Positions 39,485-48,740 of a stretch of DNA of 59,321 nt are shown here, piece after piece (position 1 is the first letter of the stretch; the number at the start of each line of letters is the position of its first letter). Position numbers and translations under genes: made by a program. Origin of the DNA: a virus; IMG/VR virus record IMGVR_UViG_3300022719_000028, positions 1-59,321 of that record. One strand, written 5' to 3'. The notes beneath the pieces are model-generated. The model ran no database searches and was not told where the DNA came from. It saw only the letters and a list, made by a program, of their open reading frames with translations.

Positions 39485-40993
39485 ATGAGTTGGTTATCTG
39501 AAACGGCCGTTCCGACATTGGAACGGCAAGCCGTATCCGGCAAATCAATCGGGGCAATCGCGGATCTCATTGTTACCGATTCAATGAAGGGGCAACGGGC
39601 CGGCGGCGAAGATCGAACCGCGCGTGAACAAACGAAGTATTTCCGTTATTGGAATTATGTTGCGCTTTCCCGAATCGCAAAGTATTGTTCAAATTTCTTT
39701 CCGAATCTTTCGTATCAACCGGGCGCGGCACGTTCTACGGATAGGGGCGGCAATCAAACGTTCTATCAACGCAATTCGCTTCAATGGCTGAAACGGAACT
39801 ATCGGCAACGTATCACGCAAGGCGCAATCGATGTTCAGGAATTGAAACCGATTCCGGAAGATCATCAAATGATTTCGTTGTTGTCGAATCCGAATGATTA
39901 CGCCGGTTATTCGATGTTGGCGCAAGAGTTCACATACAACAAACGAATGACGGGCCGCGCTTATCTTTGGGTTATTCCGAACCGGATCCGAACTCAGTTT
40001 TCGCCGAACGGGTTGCCGGCTGAATTGCACGTTATCCCAACGCAATGGGTTGAACCGCAATTTGCAGACAATGGAACGCTTGCGCATTACCTCGTTACAC
40101 CGGAAGGCGATACGCGGCGGCAAATGAAGATTCCGCCGGAAGATATCATCAAACAAACCAACGTTCATCCGGTCGATAAGTTGAACGGGCAATCGGAAGT
40201 TCAGGCCGGGGCGCGTTGGATTGAAAACGCGGAAGATATTGAAAAAAGCCGGCGGGCGTCTTTCATCAACGGGCGGAATCCGGATGTTATCGTTTCGCTT
40301 GACGAAGATAAGTTCAAAGGGGCCGAAACGCATCTTTCAAAAGATGAATTGATTTTGCGAATCAAAGAACGATTTCGGCAAAGAACACGCGGCGTTGAAA
40401 GGCATGGGGATCCATTGGTTCAACCGCCGGGCGTTGATATTTCGCCGTGGTCAATGACACCGCAAGAAATGGATTATCCGAGTTCGGCGGATGCGATGCG
40501 CGATAACATTCTCGCATTGTACGGCGTTCATCATATCATTGCCGGGCTGTCAACGGATTATAACCGCGCGACAAGTGAAGCGGCATGGGCCGTCTTCTGC
40601 GAGATTTCAGCGAATCCCGAATTGAACGAATGGGCGGAATCGCTTCAAGAGTTGGCGAACCGATGGGATCCGCGAATTGTTGTTTGGTTTGACGATTGCA
40701 CTCCGGAAAATGCCGAACAGGCATTCAACCGCATGCGGGCCGGCGTTGATACCGGGGCCGTTACGCTCGATGAATTCCGCATGTTCTTGAACCTTGAACC
40801 GATGAAGTTGCCGGAATACGAAACGGCTTATATGCCAAGCGCTCGATTGCCGGTTGCGTTGGCGCTGGAACCGGAACCGTTGGAAGATGAACCGGATCCG
40901 GAAGATGATGAAGTTGATGAAGACGAACCGGACGATTCCGAAGATGATGAAGCCGACGAATCCGACGATGAAGAATCGGAAGATGATGAATGA
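39485..40993 (+). CDS. portal protein
   Basis: 502 aa. Position between terminase and MuF/protease/capsid. Acidic C-terminal tail (EDEPDPEDDEVDEDE...). Confidence 0.75.
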   Translation: MSWLSETAVPTLERQAVSGKSIGAIADLIVTDSMKGQRAGGEDRTAREQTKYFRYWNYVALSRIAKYCSNFFPNLSYQPGAARSTDRGGNQTFYQRNSLQWLKRNYRQRITQGAIDVQELKPIPEDHQMISLLSNPNDYAGYSMLAQEFTYNKRMTGRAYLWVIPNRIRTQFSPNGLPAELHVIPTQWVEPQFADNGTLAHYLVTPEGDTRRQMKIPPEDIIKQTNVHPVDKLNGQSEVQAGARWIENAEDIEKSRRASFINGRNPDVIVSLDEDKFKGAETHLSKDELILRIKERFRQRTRGVERHGDPLVQPPGVDISPWSMTPQEMDYPSSADAMRDNILALYGVHHIIAGLSTDYNRATSEAAWAVFCEISANPELNEWAESLQELANRWDPRIVVWFDDCTPENAEQAFNRMRAGVDTGAVTLDEFRMFLNLEPMKLPEYETAYMPSARLPVALALEPEPLEDEPDPEDDEVDEDEPDDSEDDEADESDDEESEDDE

Positions 40994-41325
40994 TTTGCGA
41001 ACCTTTGAAGCAAACGGAAACCGGGCGTTTTTCATGCGAACCGCAAGAGGCAACGCATTTAAGATTGAAGATCGGGAATCGTTTGGAATCGCAACTTCCA
41101 GTTCAATTGAAGGGAAGCCGGGCCGGAACTGAAAATTGGAGTTGGAACGGCAACGTTGAAAAGCCAACATTGAAGCCAAGTATCCGGGCGGAATACTACG
41201 ATTGGAAAGAAAAAGGAATGCGGGTTTGTCATGTTTGGCTGAATGATGGGATTGTTCAACATCTTTCGGATTGCACTTGCGGCAAAGCCGGAACGAAGGA
41301 ACCGTTGAAAGAACTCGATGAATGA
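40990..41325 (+). CDS. DUF6527-like small Cys/His protein (paralogue of 37317-37601)
   Basis: NWSWNGNVEKPTLKPSIRA ... VCHVWLNDGIVQHLSDCTCGKAG. Confidence 0.45.
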   Translation: MICEPLKQTETGRFSCEPQEATHLRLKIGNRLESQLPVQLKGSRAGTENWSWNGNVEKPTLKPSIRAEYYDWKEKGMRVCHVWLNDGIVQHLSDCTCGKAGTKEPLKELDE

Positions 41326-43225
41326 TTTGCCTTTTGGATTACTCGCGAGAAACCGCCGGGCCGAACAACGTTCAGATTCAAATTTGAACCGAGTTGCGGC
41401 CCGTTGGCGTGCGCTTCATTCGCGACAAGAACGAATCACGTTCAACGGCAATCGGCGTTTCTTTCGCGGCGTTTCAAAATCGATCATGCGGCGTTTCGAA
41501 GAATCACGCGGGAACGCATCGGTTGAAGATCTTTTCAAGCCGGCGGATTGGCGGGATGAATTCAACAGTTTCATGATTCCCGAATGGAACCGAACGATTT
41601 GGACGGGGATCCAATTTGAATTTGATTGGATTGAAGCGGCCGGCGCTGGCGATGATGTTGAACAGGCAATCAATCCGGAAGCCGAACGCATTCTTTTAGA
41701 GGGGGATCCACCACCGTCAATTTATGTTGAACCGGATGAAGTAACAAAGGCGCGGGTTCGATCATGGTTACGCGGCCGGGCCGTTGGCGTTTGGAATTCC
41801 ATTGGAGAAACAACCAAGCGGCGAATTCGGCGTTCGATCAACAAAGGCATCCGGGAAGGCTTGAAGTTTAACGAAATGGCGGATTTGCTTCGCCGGGATC
41901 TGACGAACTACACGCGGGCGCAAGCGCGGCGGGTTGCGAGAACTGAAACAACGGGCGGCATCAATAACGGTCAATATCTTGAACGCAAAGAACTTGGTAT
42001 TGAAAAAAAGATCTGGATTATGCGGCAAGATGTGAAAGTTCGGCAACCGCCAAAATCCGAATTCAATCATTGGAAAGCGCATAGGCAAGTTCAGTTGAAC
42101 GATGAACCGTTTATCGTTTCGCGTGAACGGTTGATGTATCCGGGGGATCCGGCGGGTTCGGCGGGCAACGTTATCAATTGCCGTTGTTCCGGGTTGTCTC
42201 ATTTTGAGGATAAGCCGACGAAACGAACGCCGAAAACGCGGCCCGTTCAAGCGCCGGCAAACTCTCCCGAAAAGTTAGTTCCAAAAAGCGGCCCGGATTT
42301 CTCAACACCGGTTGCCGAACGCATCCGCAAGAACGCGGCGTTGAAAGAAATGCGGGAACAAATTACGGCGAATTATAAATCATTGAATGCCGAAGCGAAC
42401 AAAGCGAAACGCAAAGCCATTGATGAATACTGGGATGCCAAGAAAAAAGAAACGGCAAAGCGCATCGAACGAACCGATCCGGAAGGATTGATTGCGGCCC
42501 GCAACGAAAAGAACGCGGCGTTTGATCGATACGTTGAAGCCGAAAAGGCGGCAAGCGCAGCCGACGAACTTTCATATCAACAAAGCCAAAAGATGTTTTC
42601 CGAATTGGCCGTTCCGCAAAACCGGCGGGGAAATATCGGAATGGATCTTTCGGGCATCAAAAACAAAACCACAATTCGCAAGGCGAACGAAGCCGAAGAT
42701 TTTCTTCGCAAGGTTATCGATCAAAGAAACTTGCCCGATGATCATGTTATGACATTCCGGCAAATCCGGAAGAATCAACGCGCGTATGCAAGCCGGCGGG
42801 GAAGTTCAAAAACTTCCGTGAACTTATCGATTCATGATGATCTTGGAACGTACGCGCACGAAATGGCGCATACGATTGAAATGCGGGATCCGGATGTTCT
42901 TAGATCATGCGTTGAGTTCATCGAATACCGAACGAAAAAAGCGGGAACCGGGAAGGAACGATTGAAAAGCTTGTTTCCGAATCATGGATTCGACGGGGCC
43001 GAATACGGCAACAAAGATGGTTTTCTTGAATTGGTTCGGGCAATGGGGCGTTCGGATTCCTCGGCATACTATATCGGCAAAACATACAAGCGGGGCGGCA
43101 TCATCGATTCAACCGAAGTTCTATCGATGGGCGTTGAATTCCTCTTTTCCGATCCGGTAACATTCGCAAGGGTGGATCCGGAATTCTTTGATTTCATCGT
43201 TGGCGTATTGAGGGGCGTAGTATGA
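41318..43225 (+). CDS. MuF/SPP1-gp7-like head morphogenesis protein fused to a C-terminal HExxH domain
   Basis: The MuF core ends at GNVINCRCSG (NCRC 42176-42187). A 340-aa extension follows, with a coiled coil and YAHEMAHTIE (HEMAH 42857-42871). Confidence 0.7.
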   Translation: MNDLPFGLLARNRRAEQRSDSNLNRVAARWRALHSRQERITFNGNRRFFRGVSKSIMRRFEESRGNASVEDLFKPADWRDEFNSFMIPEWNRTIWTGIQFEFDWIEAAGAGDDVEQAINPEAERILLEGDPPPSIYVEPDEVTKARVRSWLRGRAVGVWNSIGETTKRRIRRSINKGIREGLKFNEMADLLRRDLTNYTRAQARRVARTETTGGINNGQYLERKELGIEKKIWIMRQDVKVRQPPKSEFNHWKAHRQVQLNDEPFIVSRERLMYPGDPAGSAGNVINCRCSGLSHFEDKPTKRTPKTRPVQAPANSPEKLVPKSGPDFSTPVAERIRKNAALKEMREQITANYKSLNAEANKAKRKAIDEYWDAKKKETAKRIERTDPEGLIAARNEKNAAFDRYVEAEKAASAADELSYQQSQKMFSELAVPQNRRGNIGMDLSGIKNKTTIRKANEAEDFLRKVIDQRNLPDDHVMTFRQIRKNQRAYASRRGSSKTSVNLSIHDDLGTYAHEMAHTIEMRDPDVLRSCVEFIEYRTKKAGTGKERLKSLFPNHGFDGAEYGNKDGFLELVRAMGRSDSSAYYIGKTYKRGGIIDSTEVLSMGVEFLFSDPVTFARVDPEFFDFIVGVLRGVV

Positions 43226-43458
43226 TCAGGCTGAAACGGGACGGCGAAACGTTGGCGGCTTTGAACTCGGAATTGGTTTGGAAATCTTCGGATGATGAAC
43301 TTGCCGATTCGCTGAATGAGGCAACGCAAGTATTGCTTCCAGTCAAACCGCAAGACGGGGATCCGGGGTTGTACGTTGCGAATCAATTGGTTGCACGGCT
43401 GGAATTGCCGGCAACCGTTGAAGATTCCCGCAAAAAGATTCCGAGAAAAGTTTTCTAA
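43222..43458 (+). CDS. hypothetical protein (78 aa)
   Basis: ATGA overlap. Confidence 0.45.
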   Translation: MIRLKRDGETLAALNSELVWKSSDDELADSLNEATQVLLPVKPQDGDPGLYVANQLVARLELPATVEDSRKKIPRKVF

Positions 43459-43472
43459 AAATCTGAAAAAAA

Positions 43473-43575
43473 GTGATATCAACTATTTACTTCGCCGATA
43501 AAAGTGATATCATTAAAACATCGACGGAAGGCAAGGCCGTCACAAACAAAACAACATTCTGAAAGGCACGGAATT
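43473..43575 (+). promoter_or_regulatory. early-type promoter/operator/leader cassette, copy 8 (inside the head module)
   Basis: TGATATCA 43474-43481. -35 TTTACT 43486-43491. TATCAT 43508-43513. Hairpin GACGG/CCGTC 43523-43541 with loop AAGGCAAGG. Confidence 0.65.
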
Positions 43576-44013
43576 ATGACTACTCTCGAAATTTTGAATC
43601 CCTGTTGCAAACTGACAACCGAAGCGGAAATCAATCGCGTTCGCGGCGAAATGGAAATTGATGAATTGTTCGCCGATTGGACGGATGAAAAGAAAAACGA
43701 ATTCGCTGCAAATTACGAATCGATTCTTCGGATGCAAGATGCTCTTGAAACGGCCGGCGTTGAAGTCAACGTTGAACATCATCTTGAGAAAATGACGAAC
43801 GTTCAAACGGTTTGGGGCGGGCATTTGAAAGATGCAACTTTGCATTACCGTTGGCGGGTTGTTGTTTCGGGCAATACCTTTCCGATCAAAGATCTTTTGA
43901 AATCGCTTGGTTTCAAATGGGAACGGTTTGAAAAGCAATGGGTTCGCAACGCGAAAAAAGCCGTTGGCAAAGAGGCGAATGAAGTTCGCAAAGCAATCGC
44001 GGCGGCAATCTAA
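43576..44013 (+). CDS. hypothetical moron protein (145 aa)
   Basis: GAAAGGCACGGAATT-ATG. Has its own promoter and terminator. Confidence 0.6.
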   Translation: MTTLEILNPCCKLTTEAEINRVRGEMEIDELFADWTDEKKNEFAANYESILRMQDALETAGVEVNVEHHLEKMTNVQTVWGGHLKDATLHYRWRVVVSGNTFPIKDLLKSLGFKWERFEKQWVRNAKKAVGKEANEVRKAIAAAI

Positions 44014-44019
44014 TCAGGC

Positions 44020-44049
44020 GGGGCCGGTCGAAAGGCCGGCCCGTTTTTC
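44020..44049 (+). terminator. intrinsic terminator
   Basis: GGGCCGG 44021-44027 / CCGGCCC 44036-44042, then TTTTT. Confidence 0.75.
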
Positions 44050-44072
44050 TCTCAACTCGAAAGGCTGACACA

Positions 44073-44438
44073 ATGGAAAATCCAACGATTACACTGGCAG
44101 AAAATTACGTTCAAGAAATCGGCGAAGATGGGCCGTTCACTTCGCAACGTTTCAACGTTGAAGCCGTTTATCCGGACGGCCGGCGTTTCCATCATTTCAA
44201 AGCGTATCGTTCAATTGATGATGCGGCGGCGTTGGCGGGCCGTATCGAACGGGCCGTTTTCAATGGCGAATGCAATCCGGCGGATTCCGAATACTGGAAT
44301 CGCGGCTTTGATGTTTACGGTTCGGAAGCTTATCAACGCAACGGCGGCGAACATGAACTTCAAAAAGCCGATGTTGAAGCCGAGTACGGGCCGGGAACGT
44401 ATCAACCGGGCGGGCCGGGTTATCTTCACCGGGCATAA
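44073..44438 (+). CDS. hypothetical protein (121 aa)
   Basis: GAAAGGCTGACACA-ATG RBS. Confidence 0.55.
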   Translation: MENPTITLAENYVQEIGEDGPFTSQRFNVEAVYPDGRRFHHFKAYRSIDDAAALAGRIERAVFNGECNPADSEYWNRGFDVYGSEAYQRNGGEHELQKADVEAEYGPGTYQPGGPGYLHRA

Positions 44439-44463
44439 TCGAAACGCGATACGGGCGAAATGG

Positions 44464-44490
44464 GCGCTTCTCACGAAGCGCCTTTTTTTA
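44464..44490 (+). terminator. intrinsic terminator
   Basis: GGCGCTTC 44464-44471, TCAC loop, GAAGCGCC 44476-44483, then T7. Confidence 0.8.
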
Positions 44491-44591
44491 TGCGCTGGCG
44501 TTTCGGGTTGCGAAAAATTGCCGAAGCGGCTTACATTGTGGCAAGTCAACAAACTTTGTTTCAACTTTTTAAGAACTGAAAGGCGTTTCAA

Positions 44592-44876
44592 ATGACAAGC
44601 CGAATCAACAAAGTTGCGTTCAAGATCAAAGGCGGCCCAACGCAACTGAAAAACTTTTCTGGCATCGAATCCAATTACGATCCGGATAAAGGGCTTTCGC
44701 ATGCCAACAAAAAAGAGATCCGGAAGATCGTTGCCGAAGAATACGATTGCACGGAATCCGATGTGATGTTTTCGGATGAATTCGAAAAGGCGCGGAAAGA
44801 AGCCGAGAAAAAAGCCGAAAAAGAATCGGATGAAAAAGAATCCGACGAAAACAAAGGCGGCGGCGGAAATTCCTGA
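44592..44876 (+). CDS. hypothetical protein (94 aa), Lys/Glu-rich C-terminus
   Basis: GAAAGGCGTTTCAA-ATG RBS. Possible promoter TTGCGA 44509-44514 / TACATT 44533-44538. Confidence 0.5.
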   Translation: MTSRINKVAFKIKGGPTQLKNFSGIESNYDPDKGLSHANKKEIRKIVAEEYDCTESDVMFSDEFEKARKEAEKKAEKESDEKESDENKGGGGNS

Positions 44877-44932
44877 AACTAAAGTTTCTTGACCGGACAA
44901 ACTTCAACGCAAAGTGAATAAGGATTTCAAAA

Positions 44933-46195
44933 ATGACGAAGCGAAATTTCGATGAAGAATACGAATCGAATGAACCGCTAATCGGTCAAGCGGCGCTTGC
45001 CGAAGTTGCGGAATTGCAACCGGGAATCATTACACCGCGCGGCGAAGTTTGTTCGGTCGAAACTCAGGCCGTCAAACAGGAACAAAACGAATCGGAAGGA
45101 TCCGCATCGTTCGTTGTTGTTACGCGGGGCAAAGAGGAAAACCGGCACGGCAACAAAGTTCAAATCAAACCGAACAAATACGGCGAAGGCTTACGGCTTG
45201 AACAGTACGAACAAAATCCGATTGTTCTTTTCGAGCATGGTCACGTTACGCCGATACCGATGGGCATGGCGCAAAAAGAAAAAGGCGGGAACGTCGAATT
45301 CCGCATGAACTCGAAAAAAGCGATTTCAAAAGTTTATTTCAATCAGGGAATTCAAATCGTTGAAGATGTCGCGAACTTGGTTTTCTCGGATCGGATCCGA
45401 ATGGCATCAATCGGGTTCAACGTTCAAAAGGTTATGAAGCTTCAACGCAAAGCGCCGAACCTACCGGAAGGCGTTGAAGATGTTACGCAATACTTCGGCG
45501 GGTTCGATTTCGTTGAAGCGATGTTGATGGAATGGAGCATTACCGTTCTTGGGGCCGATCCGGGCGCGTTGAAGCAATCGGCAAGCCAACGGAAAGCGAA
45601 CGGGCATAAGCTTTCGGAACGAATGGTTCAATACCTATCGGCGGCGGCCGGGCCGTTGGTCAAACAAAATCAGGCCGGTTTCAATGGATGGTCGGCATTG
45701 TGGGAACCGGGCAAATCGATTCATGAACAATCATCGTATTGGATGCCGGAAGATGATGAACCGGAAGGCGGCGGAACCGTTCAAACGCAAGCGGCGGATC
45801 CGGAAGTTCTGACGTTCACAAAAGAGGAATTCCGGCAAACGATTCGCGAGATTGCGCAAGCCGAAATTCAAAAGTTTATTCCGGGCGGAAGCCGGGAAGG
45901 GGCCGAATCCGGCGAACAACAATCAACGCAATCCGGGGCCGGGGTTGACAATAATCCCGGAAACGCGGAAATTCAGCAAAGCCAAGATGAAGAAATCATT
46001 CCATTTGAAAAATTGGAACAACAATTTTTGCAACGACAACAGGCGGAAACCGAAACGGTTACGCCGGAACAAATCGCGGCGGCCGTTACTCAACAGGTGA
46101 ATGCGGCATTGGAACCGCGATTTGAAAAGCTGGAACAATCGGCGGAACAGTTTGAACAACAATTGCGGCAAACAACCGGGCAACTTCCGGAGTGA
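44933..46195 (+). CDS. HK97-type prohead serine protease (S78) with Gln/Glu-rich scaffold-like C-terminal half
   Basis: NRHGNKV, PIVLFEHGH, RMASIGFNV motifs. Position directly upstream of the capsid gene. Confidence 0.7.
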   Translation: MTKRNFDEEYESNEPLIGQAALAEVAELQPGIITPRGEVCSVETQAVKQEQNESEGSASFVVVTRGKEENRHGNKVQIKPNKYGEGLRLEQYEQNPIVLFEHGHVTPIPMGMAQKEKGGNVEFRMNSKKAISKVYFNQGIQIVEDVANLVFSDRIRMASIGFNVQKVMKLQRKAPNLPEGVEDVTQYFGGFDFVEAMLMEWSITVLGADPGALKQSASQRKANGHKLSERMVQYLSAAAGPLVKQNQAGFNGWSALWEPGKSIHEQSSYWMPEDDEPEGGGTVQTQAADPEVLTFTKEEFRQTIREIAQAEIQKFIPGGSREGAESGEQQSTQSGAGVDNNPGNAEIQQSQDEEIIPFEKLEQQFLQRQQAETETVTPEQIAAAVTQQVNAALEPRFEKLEQSAEQFEQQLRQTTGQLPE

Positions 46196-46362
46196 CTCAA
46201 CAGGAAATTGAAGCCGAAGCGAACAAAGCTTTGGAACAAATAAAAATCAAATTGATCGAACGGCTAAAGGCCGGGCATGGTCAAGTTGAAGCCAACATCA
46301 AAATTCATGAATCGCGGATTGCGATGTTGGACGTAAAAGACGTTTCGCGATTCAAGTTCTAA
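46192..46362 (+). CDS. small hypothetical protein (56 aa, GTG start), not in the supplied ORF track
   Basis: GTGA overlap with the protease stop. (M)TQQEIEAEANKALEQIKIKLIERLKAGHGQVEANIKIHESRIAMLDVKDVSRFKF. Confidence 0.4.
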   Translation: MTQQEIEAEANKALEQIKIKLIERLKAGHGQVEANIKIHESRIAMLDVKDVSRFKF

Positions 46363-46402
46363 AATACGTTTATACCGATATACGGTTATCGGACGAACCG
46401 AA

Positions 46403-46452
46403 GCCGTCAACAAAGATCCTGAAAACGGGGTTTTTGTTGGCGGCTTTTTTTT
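46403..46452 (+). terminator. probable intrinsic terminator/attenuator between protease and capsid genes
   Basis: GCCGTCAACAAA 46403-46414 / TTTGTTGGCGGC 46433-46444 (one G-U pair), then T8. Confidence 0.55.
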
Positions 46453-46473
46453 ATGTTTCGGAGGATCCTAGAA

Positions 46474-48156
46474 ATGAATTTGCAGAGAAAAACGAATCCC
46501 GGTTTCTCCGGGGCGCAACTTATCGGGCTTCGCTTGTTTGGCCTTCCACCGTTGTTCGATGAAGAAAACGGCGAAGGCGCTCCGGCGGGTTCAGCCGGCG
46601 GCGGCGAAGGGGGCGGCGAAGGCGGCGGAACCGCAACGCAAGATCCCCCCAACGGTCAACAACAGAACGCCAACGGCGGCGGGAATGTTCCGGCGGGGAT
46701 GACGCAAACGCAACTTCAAGCGCTCGGCGGAATTGTTGCCGGTCAAGTTCAACAATCGGTCAACAACCGATTGGATCAAATGGAACAACGGCAAAATCAG
46801 TTCAACGAAACGCTGGAAGAATTGCGGAAGCCACAAAATCAAAACGGCTTCGGCGGGTTCTTTGTTCGTCAAGGCGAAGATCCGTTGTCTTCACGCGGTT
46901 ACGAATTTTGGCGTTTGATGTCGATGAAGCAAGGCATCATTGCCGAAGATCAATGCAAAGTTGAAATGGACATTCACAATTCGCTGCATGAGGCGTATGT
47001 GAAACACGGCTTCGAAAAGCACGATGCGAAATCGATTTTGATCCCGATTTCCTCGCAAGCTTTGGGGAACGTGGATCTTGGATTGAAGATGGAAATTCGC
47101 CAACGCATGATTCAAGGCGTTGCCGGTTTCGATCCGGATCATGCGGCTTGGACGTTGCAACGTTCCGGCGGAATGACGCGCCAACAGGCGCTTTCCACCG
47201 TTGACGATACCGGGCTTGGCGTTTTCCTCGGCCCGACGCAAATGGGCGAAATGATTGATTTGCTTCGCGCGAAAGAAGTTTTCAGCCGCGCCGGCGCAAC
47301 TCAAATCACGTTGCCACCGAACGGCCGAATCAAATTCAGCAAGCAAACCGGATCGGTTACGGCTGGATGGATCGGCGAAACCGCCGGCAACGAAACGACT
47401 CCCGCGATGTCGCATTCGGAACCGTCAACGGGTTCTTTGAACATGCAAGCGAAAAAGCTTTATGTTCTGACGAAGTTGCCGAACGAACTGTTGCGGTTCG
47501 GCAATAGTTCCGTTGAAGCGTTCTTGCGAAACGATATGGCGATTTCGGCCGCGTTGAAACTCGATTCGACTTCGCTGGAAGGCATTTCGACGGGCGATGC
47601 GCCTACCGGGTTGATCAATTATTCGGGCGTTCTCACGCGAAACGCCGGAACGTTGGCAACCGATGGGAACACGTTGGAACCGGAAGATCTGCAATTGTTG
47701 ATTTCCGACTTGGAACAACAAAACCACGATCCGGAAGCTGACGGGCTGACGTTCGTTATGCGGCCCGAACTTCACGCGCAAATCATGAATCGGCGCGCAT
47801 CGGTTTACGATGGAAGTTCAACTTCGGAAGTTGGTCAATTCCTTTTCCGAGTGAATCGCGACGATATCAGCCGGGGCATGCCGACGATGATCAACGGCTA
47901 TCCCTCTTTGAAATCAACGCAAATTTCCAAAACGCGAACGAAGGGAAGCGGAACCGATCTGACGTATTTGCTTGCCGGAATCTTCCGTCATTGGATCATT
48001 GCACGTTCGGGCGTTGCGGAATTCGCAACCACCGATTCGGGCGATACCGCATTCACCACCGATCAAACGTGGATGCGAATGATTCAGCATGTGGACGTTG
48101 GGCCGCGTTATGAAAACGCTTTCGTTTACATTGATGATCTTTTGCGTGAAATCTGA
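46474..48156 (+). CDS. major capsid protein, HK97 fold
   Basis: 560 aa. Gly/Gln-rich N-terminal region, then HK97-like core (LPNELLRFGNSSVEAFLRNDMA..., FTTDQTWMR). Follows the protease. Confidence 0.8.
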   Translation: MNLQRKTNPGFSGAQLIGLRLFGLPPLFDEENGEGAPAGSAGGGEGGGEGGGTATQDPPNGQQQNANGGGNVPAGMTQTQLQALGGIVAGQVQQSVNNRLDQMEQRQNQFNETLEELRKPQNQNGFGGFFVRQGEDPLSSRGYEFWRLMSMKQGIIAEDQCKVEMDIHNSLHEAYVKHGFEKHDAKSILIPISSQALGNVDLGLKMEIRQRMIQGVAGFDPDHAAWTLQRSGGMTRQQALSTVDDTGLGVFLGPTQMGEMIDLLRAKEVFSRAGATQITLPPNGRIKFSKQTGSVTAGWIGETAGNETTPAMSHSEPSTGSLNMQAKKLYVLTKLPNELLRFGNSSVEAFLRNDMAISAALKLDSTSLEGISTGDAPTGLINYSGVLTRNAGTLATDGNTLEPEDLQLLISDLEQQNHDPEADGLTFVMRPELHAQIMNRRASVYDGSSTSEVGQFLFRVNRDDISRGMPTMINGYPSLKSTQISKTRTKGSGTDLTYLLAGIFRHWIIARSGVAEFATTDSGDTAFTTDQTWMRMIQHVDVGPRYENAFVYIDDLLREI

Positions 48157-48179
48157 TTAAGGATTTCGCGGATTGACTT

Positions 48180-48240
48180 CGCGGGGGGCGGGTTGTTCCC
48201 GGATAGCGCCTGCAACTCGTTTCCCCGCGTTTTTATTTTT
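48180..48240 (+). terminator. intrinsic terminator after the capsid gene
   Basis: CGCGGGG 48180-48186 / CCCCGCG 48223-48229, then TTTTTATTTTT. Confidence 0.6.
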
Positions 48241-48289
48241 AGTGGCGCATTCAAACCAACAATCAAATTCCAGTTCGGGAGTTATCAAA

Positions 48290-48697
48290 ATGGATTACAA
48301 CGATTTAAGAACAAACATTTCCATCCAACATTCTATTGATCCGGGAACGAATCAATCGGGCGATGGAACCGTGAACGGCGATGCCGTTGACTGTCAAGGA
48401 ATTTCAAACGATCCCGTTGTTCACGCGGCTTGCGATGATGCGCAAGCTTCGGGATCTCCAACATCATTTACGATTGATTGGAAGATCCAAGAATCCGATG
48501 ACGGATCAACCGATTGGACGGATTGCGTTCAGAATCGCGCAACGCAAGTTACGGCCGATCAATCCCCGCAAATCATCCAAGCGCGACGTTCCAAACGATA
48601 CGTTCGGGTTGTTGCAACCGTTGCGTTCGTTGGCGGAACTTCGCCGGCAATCGACTTGGGGGCCGATATCCTGTTGAAGAAACGTTCGGCGGAATGA
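48290..48697 (+). CDS. hypothetical head-associated protein (135 aa; decoration-protein candidate)
   Basis: Called by position after the capsid gene. Start moved to ATG 48290, downstream of the terminator. Confidence 0.4.
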   Translation: MDYNDLRTNISIQHSIDPGTNQSGDGTVNGDAVDCQGISNDPVVHAACDDAQASGSPTSFTIDWKIQESDDGSTDWTDCVQNRATQVTADQSPQIIQARRSKRYVRVVATVAFVGGTSPAIDLGADILLKKRSAE

Positions 48698-48740
48698 TCG
48701 GCGTTTGACTGGTTTTTGATTTTTATTCCGGATCGCTTCA

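Noticed and set aside
2576-43575. The eight repeated about 100-bp cassette units considered as a CRISPR array or as transposon ends
   Set aside because: The copies are kilobases apart and all in one orientation. Each contains -35/-10 promoter elements, and they are followed by different genes. No cas or transposase genes are present. They are regulatory cassettes.
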